In this document: positions 16,831 through 24,425 of the stretch, one piece after another
How the letters are laid out: each line of letters begins with the position of its first letter
Position numbering within the stretch: position 1 is the stretch's first letter
Origin: an uncultured Candidatus Peribacteria bacterium
GTDB taxonomy: Bacteria; Patescibacteriota; Gracilibacteria; Peribacterales; Peribacteraceae
Reading direction: 5' to 3'
Length of the DNA stretch: 42,346 nucleotides
NCBI GenBank assembly: GCA_964632375.1
Contig: CAZWBO010000003.1
Location: 3,678 to 46,023 of the forward strand
Notes under the pieces: generated by a model
The model's database searches: none
What the model saw: the letters and a program-made list of their open reading frames with translations, nothing else
Told to the model about the DNA's origin: nothing
Made by a program: the position numbers and the translations under genes

Positions 16831-18309
16831 GCCGTGGCCGGCCCGGTTCTGTCTGAGGATCAATATCACGATTCCACCATACGCCCCCGCCACGCTCCAC
16901 CAGGGCAAACCTTTCACATCAATCGATGCGAATGGCACATGCGCCATCAGCTCTGTCATGCGGATCATCCACTCCATGCAGCCGAAGGCGAGGTAGCTGA
17001 CGACGAGGCCGAGTGGGAACCAGAGCCAGCTGAGGCACACGCCGAGAAATCCGAAGAGCATTGCGGCGGGGATGAGCGGCGTGACGAGCAAGTTCGCAAG
17101 CGGCGCCACGAGCGAGATGCGTCCGAAGAGCAACGCGATCCAGGGCAATGTGGCGATCTGTGCAGCCGTCGTCGCTTGCAAGTTCTCGCGCATGCCGAGC
17201 GTGTCGGGAATGTTCTTGAGGAGCGGCGCGATCAGTGGCGTGCATTCGTTCAGGCCGATGACGGCGAGGAACGAGAGCTGGAAGCCCGCGTCGTACCAGA
17301 GGAGCTTGGGGTTCCATGCGAGCATGAAGCCCGCTGCCCACAGGATGAGCAGCCGCGTGTCGGTCTGCCGGCGCGTCTGCAGGGCGATCAATCCAAGAAT
17401 GCCCATGACGGCCGCGCGCACCACGGAAGCGCTCGCGCCGACGAACAGCGTGAAGAGCACGATGCCGGCCACCATCGGCACGAACCGCCACCGCAGCGGC
17501 AGCCAGAAGAGAAAACTGCCCAGGCACAGCACGATCATCGTGATATTCGTGCCCGAGATGGCGATGATGTGCGTGAGGCCGGTGGCATTGAAATCCGTTG
17601 TCAGGTGATCGGGAATGCCGCGGCGCGACCCGGTGAGCAGCCCCGCGAGAAATGAAGCGTGCGGCTCCGGCTGCAGCAGATTGATCTGTCGTTCGAATCG
17701 CTCTTTCCATGCGTAGAGAACTCGGAAGAACGACGGGCGCGCCGGCTCACGCACAAGTGCGATCGACGGCCGTATCATCACGGCGTAGATGTCGAAGCGG
17801 CTCAGGTATTTGTCGTAGGCGAAGCTCTCGCTCGGCTTGGGCGTCTCGAGTTTGCCGCCAATCTTCAGCTCCTCGCCGTAGTGGTACTGCGGCCAGCCGT
17901 CCATGTCGGTGACGAGGATCTTCCCATGCACGGCCCGCGTCGCGCCGCTCTGCGTGAGGGTGGTAACGGCGACGGTGTACTGCGTCTTGAGCGGCCGCCG
18001 GTCCGGCTCGTCGGAGATGATTCCCGTGAGGGTGACGCGCGCGCCGGTGGCGTACGTATCGACCGTCGACGCCTGTGGAACGTGCGTCGTCCGTTGCACG
18101 GACCAGAGCGCAGCCAGGATGCCGATGAGCATCGCTGCGACGATGGCGGCCTGCTTTTTCCAGAGGGCCATCAGTATGCTGATGCCGATTGGGCAGCCGA
18201 AAATCCACCAGAGCGCAGCCGGATACACCGGATGCTGCCACCACTGCAATACTCCGATGCCGACGATGAGGCCCAGCAGGAACGCGAGCGACAGGTGCGA
18301 GCGATGCAT
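16807..18309 (-). CDS. comEC: ComEC/Rec2-family DNA internalisation channel (no metallo-beta-lactamase domain)
   Basis: 500-aa polytopic membrane protein with the typical ComEC competence-domain signature (GLLTGSRRGIP...FNATGLTHIIAISGTNITM...GASASVVRAAVMG). Confidence 0.85.
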   Translation of the reverse strand: MHRSHLSLAFLLGLIVGIGVLQWWQHPVYPAALWWIFGCPIGISILMALWKKQAAIVAAMLIGILAALWSVQRTTHVPQASTVDTYATGARVTLTGIISDEPDRRPLKTQYTVAVTTLTQSGATRAVHGKILVTDMDGWPQYHYGEELKIGGKLETPKPSESFAYDKYLSRFDIYAVMIRPSIALVREPARPSFFRVLYAWKERFERQINLLQPEPHASFLAGLLTGSRRGIPDHLTTDFNATGLTHIIAISGTNITMIVLCLGSFLFWLPLRWRFVPMVAGIVLFTLFVGASASVVRAAVMGILGLIALQTRRQTDTRLLILWAAGFMLAWNPKLLWYDAGFQLSFLAVIGLNECTPLIAPLLKNIPDTLGMRENLQATTAAQIATLPWIALLFGRISLVAPLANLLVTPLIPAAMLFGFLGVCLSWLWFPLGLVVSYLAFGCMEWMIRMTELMAHVPFASIDVKGLPWWSVAGAYGGIVILILRQNRAGHGPNKPINQ

Positions 18310-18324
18310 GCAAACAGCCTTGCA

Positions 18325-19140
18325 TCAGCTCTGCGCCAGCGCGATCCACTCTTCGATACTCAGAGTCTGCGGACGTCGATCCATGGCTATCCCCAGCCGT
18401 TCCAGGCGTTCTGCCACCTCGTGGAACGTCCCCAGCGTGTTGCGCAGCATCTTCCGTTTCTGGCCGAAGGCGATCTTGGTGAGCTTGAAGATCTGCTCGA
18501 TGGTCTTCGCATCGGCCTTGGGCTGCGCGAAGCACTCGACGTGCAGCACGGCGGAATCGACGGCTGGCGGCGGCAGGAAGGCGCTCGGTGCTACCCGGCA
18601 CGCGATGCGCGGCGTGCCGAAGAGCCCGACGAGGATGGTGAGGATGCCGGCATCGTCGATATCCACGATCTTCTCGGCCACTTCGCGCTGGATCAAGAGT
18701 GTCATCGACGTGGGAATCGTCGGCGATTCCAAAAACGCGTGCCGCAGTAATGGGGAGGTGATGTGATAGGGAATATTGGCGACGATCTTGTAGGGATCGG
18801 CGGGGAAGGGGACGTGGAGGGCGTTACCGTGGACGAGGGTTAATTGGTTGATTGGTTTATTGGTTGATTGGATGGGTCGTAGGAAATCCTGCAAGAGGGG
18901 AAGAAGGCGCTGGTCGAACTCGATGGCGGTGACGCGGCCGGCTGTTTGCACGAGCTCGCGCGTGAGCACGCCGATGCCGGGGCCGATCTCGACCACGTGG
19001 TCCGTCTTTTCGATATCGGCCGTGTTCACGATGGTTTCCAGCACGTCTTCGTCGACCAAGAAGTGCTGGCCGAGATCGGTATTCAGTTTCAGATGGTGAG
19101 CCTGGAGGAAGGCTTTGATCTCGTCGCGCAAGCTCAGCAT
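18325..19140 (-). CDS. rsmA: 16S rRNA (adenine1518/1519-N6)-dimethyltransferase
   Basis: GQHFLVD, VVEIGPGIGVLT and IVANIPYHITSPLL motifs. Confidence 0.9.
   Translation of the reverse strand: MLSLRDEIKAFLQAHHLKLNTDLGQHFLVDEDVLETIVNTADIEKTDHVVEIGPGIGVLTRELVQTAGRVTAIEFDQRLLPLLQDFLRPIQSTNKPINQLTLVHGNALHVPFPADPYKIVANIPYHITSPLLRHAFLESPTIPTSMTLLIQREVAEKIVDIDDAGILTILVGLFGTPRIACRVAPSAFLPPPAVDSAVLHVECFAQPKADAKTIEQIFKLTKIAFGQKRKMLRNTLGTFHEVAERLERLGIAMDRRPQTLSIEEWIALAQS
18842..18872. repeat. tandem 8-nt oligorepeat, ATTGGTTN x4, in frame inside rsmA
   Basis: aattggttg attggttt attggttg attgga. It encodes STNKPINQL in RsmA, in a segment about 7 aa longer than the E. coli KsgA equivalent as I recall that sequence. 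Confidence 0.85.
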
Positions 19141-19263
19141 GGTCTGAGCATGACTTCTTCAATCCTTTCGGTAAAGAATATTTCGCCGCATGCGCCATTC
19201 TCTGATCCATTCGTTCTAGGCGCTGATTTCTGTCTTCTGCCTTCCGACTTCCGGTCTCATTTC

Positions 19264-19291
19264 TTGACTCGTCCTGCTGCATCGGTACACT
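19264..19291 (+). promoter_or_regulatory. sigma70-like promoter TTGACT-N16-TACACT
   Basis: Hexamers read directly. The predicted start site falls about 19298-19300, on the ATG of the leader ORF. Confidence 0.4.
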
Positions 19292-19299
19292 GCCCGCAC

Positions 19300-19374
19300 A
19301 TGGCTTGTCAGACTTCTTCGTTCGGCTACTGGTTCTCCTTTACGCAGGGGAAGTTGCCGATGTGTCTGAACTAG
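19300..19374 (+). CDS. candidate regulatory leader peptide MACQTSSFGYWFSFTQGKLPMCLN
   Basis: 24-codon ORF with Phe, Tyr, Trp, Phe and Phe codons clustered at 19321-19341, 88 nt upstream of the DAHP synthase start. A T6 tract lies at 19436-19441. Confidence 0.4.
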   Translation: MACQTSSFGYWFSFTQGKLPMCLN

Positions 19375-19462
19375 CTTGATCCACGACTCATTCGCACCTT
19401 CCCCCAGTAGGCGGAGGGGTGTTTCCCGCGTGTCCTTTTTTATCTCTCTTTCCCTCACTTGT

Positions 19463-20500
19463 ATGGCAACGAGACGATTACTTCCCACGGCAGAGCAGAT
19501 CGATGCCGATTACCCTGTCGATGCCGATCGCATTGCCGCGGATCGCGCGACCATCAACGGTTTGCTGCGTATGAATGGCAATACCACGAAGAAGCTGCTG
19601 GTGATTGTCGGTCCCTGTTCGGCTTACCCGTTTGAGTCGGTGGAACGGGTAGCCGAATCGCTAGCGCGTTTGCAGGAAGAAATTGATGAACGCGTGAAGA
19701 TCATCATGCGTTTCTACACAGAGAAGCCCCGGACGAACAAAGGGTGGCAGGGGATGAAGGTGCAGCCGAATCCGCTCAGCGATCGTTCCGATATGGTCGA
19801 GGGCATTCAGGCGTGCCGCGCAGAGGCGTCGAAGCTCAGCCGGATATTGCCATTGGCTGACGAGATGGTCTTCCCCGAAAACGCGCCGTACATGACTCCG
19901 GCATTGAGTTACATTGCAGTCGGCGCTCGAACGGTGACGAGCCAATCGCATCGCAATGCTGCTTCAGGATTACCCAGTGCGGTGGGATTCAAGAACAACA
20001 TGGACGGTTGCATCGAAGATGCAGTGGACGGAATGACCGTTGCGCAATCTCCACAAACGTACAATTCTGGCGGATACGAAGTGACTTCCGACGGTAACCC
20101 CGATGCGCACATCATCCTGCGGGGAGGTAAGAGCGGTCCCAACTACGATGCAGATCACTTGAACATGGCAGGCCAATTGCTCTCGAAGCTCCCGCCTTCC
20201 GTAACCGGTAACCGTCTGATTGTCGATGCGGGGCATGGTAATTCAGGCAAGGTGGCGACAAATCAGATTATGGTTGCGCGGAATGTGCTACAGGGTATTC
20301 GCGATCGTCGCGACGGATACCAGCTTGTGGGCGGTCTCATGATCGAGGCGCATGTGAAGAATGGGCATCAGAAGATTCATACGGGAATGGATCCCGAAGT
20401 ATCTATTACCGATGACTGTCTGGCTCTTCCACAGACAGAGGATCTACTCCGAGAGCTTGCTGATATGCTGGATAAGGCCCATGCGACTGCTATGGTTTGA
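19463..20500 (+). CDS. aroG: class I (AroF/G/H-type) 3-deoxy-7-phosphoheptulonate (DAHP) synthase
   Basis: From ATG 19463: MATRRLLPTAEQIDADYP... It contains LLVIVGPCS, KIIMRFYTEKPRTNKGWQG, VGARTVTSQSHR, AVGFKNNMDG, HIILRGG and a layout colinear with E. coli AroG. GC is visibly lower than in neighbouring genes. Confidence 0.85.
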   Translation: MATRRLLPTAEQIDADYPVDADRIAADRATINGLLRMNGNTTKKLLVIVGPCSAYPFESVERVAESLARLQEEIDERVKIIMRFYTEKPRTNKGWQGMKVQPNPLSDRSDMVEGIQACRAEASKLSRILPLADEMVFPENAPYMTPALSYIAVGARTVTSQSHRNAASGLPSAVGFKNNMDGCIEDAVDGMTVAQSPQTYNSGGYEVTSDGNPDAHIILRGGKSGPNYDADHLNMAGQLLSKLPPSVTGNRLIVDAGHGNSGKVATNQIMVARNVLQGIRDRRDGYQLVGGLMIEAHVKNGHQKIHTGMDPEVSITDDCLALPQTEDLLRELADMLDKAHATAMV

Positions 20501-20510
20501 TTGTACGACG

Positions 20511-20541
20511 GGGCTAGTGCTTTGGTACTAGCCCTTATCTT
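20511..20541 (+). terminator. rho-independent terminator after aroG
   Basis: GGGCTAGT-gctttggt-ACTAGCCC (perfect 8 bp) followed by TTATCTT. Confidence 0.6.
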
Positions 20542-20629
20542 CGACCATCGCTCACTCCCAGCCGGGAGCGAATGACGGTCGGGGTGCTTCGTCATGCTCA
20601 GCACAGGCTTTGTAGGTATTGGATTTTTG

Positions 20630-20658
20630 TTGACTCCCAAAAATGCGGGGAGTACGTT
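20630..20658 (+). promoter_or_regulatory. promoter candidate TTGACTCCCAAAA...TACGTT (N17)
   Basis: It shares the TTGACTCCCAAAA motif with 21293-21305. Confidence 0.3.
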
Positions 20659-20776
20659 TTCGGCAGTGATCTACAAGTTGCTCTGCGCTCTTGGCCTTCT
20701 GCCCGCGTACTGTTGCGTTGCCGCAATGGCCGCACGGCGGCGGGTGCGTTGGTAGATCATCTCTCTTGATTACCAG

Positions 20777-20809
20777 CCTTCCCGTCGTCGCGGGGAGGGA
20801 TTTTTTTTT
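20777..20809 (+). terminator. strong rho-independent terminator
   Basis: CCTTCCCG-tcgtcg-CGGGGAGG, then ga and T9. Confidence 0.7.
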
Positions 20810-20909
20810 GTTCTTTCTTATCAAACCGCTCGTCTCCCGCTCTTTAGGAAACCAGAATGCCTCTGGTTGCGAGGGGGCGGGAGAGCGGGTGGAATAACGG
20901 GAGTACATC

Positions 20910-21221
20910 ATGTGTGAGGCAACGACAGTGGCGGAGTGCACGGTGGTCGACCTGTCGGCAGTGGTTGAGAACGCGCTGAGGCGCGGTGAGCGTGGAGGTG
21001 CGGCTCATCGCATCCTGTTCGATACCGGCATGCTGCATTTCCTACAGCAGCATGCTCGTCCTGAGTCGACGGATGATCCGCTGCCCCACGAAACGGGCTA
21101 TGGATCGTTCGGGAATGCGGAAGGCGCCAAAATCATCCTCTCTCGCATCATTGCGGGATACGATTACCCGGTGCCGCACGTCCTGGAAGCAATCGAGCAG
21201 ATGCGCCAGGCTGTCGCATGA
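20910..21221 (+). CDS. hypothetical small protein (103 aa)
   Basis: ATG preceded by GGGAG 6 nt upstream, and the ORF is followed by a strong hairpin terminator. No family recognised. Confidence 0.45.
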   Translation: MCEATTVAECTVVDLSAVVENALRRGERGGAAHRILFDTGMLHFLQQHARPESTDDPLPHETGYGSFGNAEGAKIILSRIIAGYDYPVPHVLEAIEQMRQAVA

Positions 21222-21243
21222 ACTCCTGCTCCTATCCGCAGCC

Positions 21244-21282
21244 GCCGGCCTCCGCTCCTTCGGGAGCGAAAGGCCGGCTTTC
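21244..21282 (+). terminator. rho-independent terminator
   Basis: GCCGGCCT-ccgctccttcgggagcgaa-AGGCCGGC followed by TTT, with an inner CGCTCC/GGAGCG helix. Confidence 0.65.
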
Positions 21283-21292
21283 CCAAATCCCA

Positions 21293-21322
21293 TTGACTCC
21301 CAAAATCCTTCCCGCGTATGGT
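21293..21322 (+). promoter_or_regulatory. promoter candidate TTGACTCCCAAAATCCT...TATGGT (N18)
   Basis: The 14-mer actcccaaaatcct (21296-21309) recurs exactly at 22949-22962, upstream of infA. Confidence 0.3.
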
Positions 21323-21440
21323 TCCCGCAGTGCAATTCACTCTCTCCCTTCTCGGCATTCTCCGCAAGACGTCCAAGAACGTCCGCGTTTGCCGTGCCGG
21401 GAAGTCTGTGAGTTGATTACTGTATCGAATCGATTACTCC

Positions 21441-21467
21441 ACCCTTCCCTGCAGAGAAGGGTTTTTG
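21441..21467 (+). terminator. rho-independent terminator
   Basis: CCCTTC-cctgcaga-GAAGGG followed by TTTTTG. Confidence 0.55.
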
Positions 21468-21552
21468 TTCATTGTCATCACCCAGCGGATACTGCCGCCA
21501 ATCAACAATGGATGGTTGGTGGCAATGATCCGTTGGAAAATAGGAGTTTCTC

Positions 21553-21735
21553 ATGACCTTCGACGACGGCAGCGTGGACGATCAGCTGGTCCCCGAGGAC
21601 GACCAGGTGGTCGATCACGCGGGTAAGAAAAGCTCCCTCCTTCGCTTTCGGCTCCCTCGAGGACAGAATCCCCGGCGGGGCCGGTCTGCGGAGACAGGCG
21701 AAGTCGGCAAGTTGTCCATGACGACTTCCGACTAG
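21553..21735 (+). CDS. hypothetical small protein (60 aa; acidic N-half, basic C-half)
   Basis: ATG preceded by TAGGAG with a 6-nt spacer. No family recognised. Confidence 0.35.
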   Translation: MTFDDGSVDDQLVPEDDQVVDHAGKKSSLLRFRLPRGQNPRRGRSAETGEVGKLSMTTSD

Positions 21736-21795
21736 CATCGGAAACCAACGGTCTCCAGGCCCGACGTCGCGTACAGCGGCGGAGGGCCTTTTCCT

Positions 21796-21993
21796 GGCGG
21801 ACCCCATCCCCAACCCTTCCCCCGTCCACCCGCACGCCTGCCGGGGAAGGGAGCCGTTGAACGTTCTTCAAGCATTCTTCCCTCCCCGTGCTGGTCTCTG
21901 AGTTTGTGAAACAGAGCAGTCGTTCAATTGCTCGATAATGAGAATGGGTGGACGGGGGAAGGTGCCCCGCAGGGCGGATGGGGCCCCCCCGCC
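21796..21993. other. about 190-nt element closed by a long imperfect inverted repeat (structured RNA or MITE-like)
   Basis: ccttcccccgtccaccc (21815-21831) is the exact reverse complement of gggtggacgggggaagg (21946-21962). The outer pairs ccccatcc (21802-21809) / ggatgggg (21976-21983) and ggcgg/ccgcc extend the stem. The interior holds further hairpins (ttgaa/ttcaa, ctctg/cagag). Confidence 0.6.
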
Positions 21994-22034
21994 AGAGAAA
22001 TTGCATTCCCTTCTGATCTCCGTAGACTCACCTC

Positions 22035-22784
22035 ATGTCCCTCATCCAGATCTTTACTGCGGATGAACTTGTCTCGCTGCGCCGGGCGGGGAAGATTTTG
22101 CGGGAGTGCCTGCAGGAGGCGGCGAGGCAGGTGCAGCCGGGTGTGACGACGCTGGAGCTCGACGCCGTCGCCGAGAGATTCATCCGTTCGCATGAGGGGG
22201 CGACGCCGGCGTTCAAGGGCTACCACGGGTTCACAGGCACGCTCTGCACGTCGGTGAACGAGGAGGCGGTGCATGGGATTCCCGGTCCGTGCGTGCTGGA
22301 GGAAGGCGACATCGTGTCGCTCGACGGCGGCGTGATCGTCGACGGGCTGTACACCGACGCGTGCATCACGGTCGGCGTGGGGAAGATCGCGCCGGAGGCG
22401 CAGAAATTCCTCGATGCGACCGAGGAGGCGCTCCGCCTGGCGTGCAAGATGATCAAAGCCGGTATCCGCGCCGGCGACATCTCGCACACGATCCAGTCGT
22501 ACGTGGAGGGCAAAGGGTACAAATGCCTGCGCGCGCTCACGGGCCACGGGCTGGGGAAGACGCTGCACCAGTACCCGGATATTCCTAATGTCGGCAAGCC
22601 GGGCCAGGGCGCTCTCATTCCGGCCGGCACGATCCTCGCCATCGAGCCCATCACCTCCATGGGATCCGACGAGATCCGCGAATCCGACGACGGCTGGACG
22701 CTCTGCACGCGCGACGGCGCACTGGCGGCACACTTCGAGCACACGCTGTACATACGCGAGGATGGGTGTGAGATTTTGGCATAA
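22035..22784 (+). CDS. map: type I methionyl aminopeptidase
   Basis: 249 aa with typical MetAP-I metal-ligand context (SLDGGVIVDGLYTDA, GHGLGKTLHQ, LAIEP, HFEHT). Confidence 0.9.
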   Translation: MSLIQIFTADELVSLRRAGKILRECLQEAARQVQPGVTTLELDAVAERFIRSHEGATPAFKGYHGFTGTLCTSVNEEAVHGIPGPCVLEEGDIVSLDGGVIVDGLYTDACITVGVGKIAPEAQKFLDATEEALRLACKMIKAGIRAGDISHTIQSYVEGKGYKCLRALTGHGLGKTLHQYPDIPNVGKPGQGALIPAGTILAIEPITSMGSDEIRESDDGWTLCTRDGALAAHFEHTLYIREDGCEILA

Positions 22785-22828
22785 GGAAGAGAAATCGGAA
22801 GCGAGAAAGCAGTAAGAGAATGGGGACG

Positions 22829-22874
22829 AGCGGGCAGCACGTTTGTTCTTGCGTGCGGCTGATCGCTGCCCGCT
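22829..22874 (+). other. 10-bp perfect hairpin downstream of map
   Basis: AGCGGGCAGC ... GCTGCCCGCT with a 26-nt loop and no T run. It is followed by an AT-rich stretch and the actcccaaaatcct motif. Confidence 0.4.
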
Positions 22875-23032
22875 GTTCGCTCCTCGCTTCGCATTCTTTT
22901 GCGTCCTAAACAATAATTATAAAAAAATGCAAGTACATTTTTATTCTCACTCCCAAAATCCTCGCCTTATTGCTTGAGGCGGCTCAATTCTCTCTGTAGG
23001 ATGCCTCGGCTTTTGACCCCCGCAATTTCTCT

Positions 23033-23341
23033 GTGTCCAAGGACGTGATCGAACTCGCCGGCGTTGTGATGGAGAGTTATCCCAATGCCACGTTTCGCGT
23101 CAAAGTGACCAGTGACCAAGCGAAGGATCATGAGCTGCTTTGCCATCTGGCAGGGCGCATGCGGGTACACCGGGTGCGCATCCTCCCAGGCGACAAGGTG
23201 AAGCTCGAGATGACGCCGTACGATCTCAATAAAGGTCGCATTACGTACCGCTTCTCGGCAACCGGCCCCGGTCCCAACCAGGCTCCCGGCGCACCGGCTC
23301 ATGCCGCTCCGGCTCCCATTGCGCCATCCACGCCATCCTGA
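23033..23341 (+). CDS. infA: translation initiation factor IF-1 with about 30-aa Pro/Ala-rich C-terminal extension
   Basis: GTG start. [25 protein letters not shown]...[25 protein letters not shown], then [28 protein letters not shown]. Confidence 0.9.
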   Translation: MSKDVIELAGVVMESYPNATFRVKVTSDQAKDHELLCHLAGRMRVHRVRILPGDKVKLEMTPYDLNKGRITYRFSATGPGPNQAPGAPAHAAPAPIAPSTPS

Positions 23342-23355
23342 TTCCCATCTCTGCC

Positions 23356-23484
23356 ATGAAAGTTCGCGCCTCCTGCAAGCCGATCTGCTCCAAGTGCCGC
23401 CGCGTGCGTCGTCGCAACGGACAAGGCAAAATGGTTCGCCGCATCGTCTGCGAGAATCCCAAGCACAAGCAGCGCCAAGGCTGA
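23356..23484 (+). CDS. rpmJ: 50S ribosomal protein L36
   Basis: Own translation: [42 protein letters not shown]. It is too short for the ORF track. Confidence 0.9.
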   Translation: MKVRASCKPICSKCRRVRRRNGQGKMVRRIVCENPKHKQRQG

Positions 23485-23574
23485 GGAGATGAAAAACGTC
23501 TCCTGTCCAATGTAAAATTTTCCTCGAAATCCTCTCCTCCTGATTATCCGCTAGAATCGCTTCCATTCACTCTC

Positions 23575-23955
23575 ATGATTCGTATCTCAGGCGTCGTCCT
23601 CCCCGGTAACAAGCGCATCGAAATCGCCCTCACGGCGATCAAGGGCATCGGTCGTCCGATGTCGAAGCGCATCCTCAACGAGCTGAACGTCGATATCAAC
23701 ATGAAGGCCGACGCACTCTCGGAGCCGGATCAAGCCCGTCTGCGCGCGCGTGTGGAGCAGGAACTGACCGAGGGCGAGCTGGCCCGCAAAGTGTCGCTCG
23801 ATGTGAAGCGCTTGCAGGATATCGGCACGTGGCGCGGTTACCGCCACCGCCGCAAGCTGCCGGTGCGCGGGCAGACCTCGCGCCGCAACGCGCGCACCAA
23901 GCGCGGCAAGAAGAAGACCGGCACCTCCGGCCGCACAACCCTGACTAAGACGTAA
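23575..23955 (+). CDS. rpsM: 30S ribosomal protein S13
   Basis: MIRISGVVLPGNKRIEIALTAIKGIG...WRGYRHRRKLPVRGQ. Confidence 0.95.
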   Translation: MIRISGVVLPGNKRIEIALTAIKGIGRPMSKRILNELNVDINMKADALSEPDQARLRARVEQELTEGELARKVSLDVKRLQDIGTWRGYRHRRKLPVRGQTSRRNARTKRGKKKTGTSGRTTLTKT

Positions 23956-23981
23956 TCCTCCATTTTCAATTCTCCATTCTC

Positions 23982-24425
23982 ATGGCCGATACCACCACTC
24001 CCGAACTCTCCGTCGATACCGCTGCCGTCAAGGCTCCCGAGCCGAAGGCCGGCGCGCGCAAGAAGAAGGTGAAGCGCAGCTTGCCCAAGGCGCGTGTGTG
24101 CATCAAGGCGGGCGAGAACAACACCATCGTCACGTTCACGGATCTCGAGGGCAACGTGCTGGGCTGGAGCAGTTCCGGCTCCGCCGGATTCAAGGGGACG
24201 CGCAAGTCGACGCCGTACGCCGCCAAGGTGGCGGCCGAGTCGGCGGCCATCAAAGTGAAGCCATTCGGCATCGAATCGGTGAGCGTGGAGGTGAAGGGCC
24301 TCGGGCCCGGCCGCGAGCAGGCGCTGCGCGGTCTCCAGAGCGCCGGCCTGAACCTCGACGCCATCGTCGACACCACGCCCATCCCGCATGGCGGTTGCCG
24401 TCCGGCGGGCCGTCGACGAGTTTGA
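23982..24425 (+). CDS. rpsK: 30S ribosomal protein S11 (N-terminally extended)
   Basis: NNTIVTFTDLEGNVLGWSSSGSAGFKGTRKSTPYAA...PHGGCRP. Confidence 0.95.
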   Translation: MADTTTPELSVDTAAVKAPEPKAGARKKKVKRSLPKARVCIKAGENNTIVTFTDLEGNVLGWSSSGSAGFKGTRKSTPYAAKVAAESAAIKVKPFGIESVSVEVKGLGPGREQALRGLQSAGLNLDAIVDTTPIPHGGCRPAGRRRV

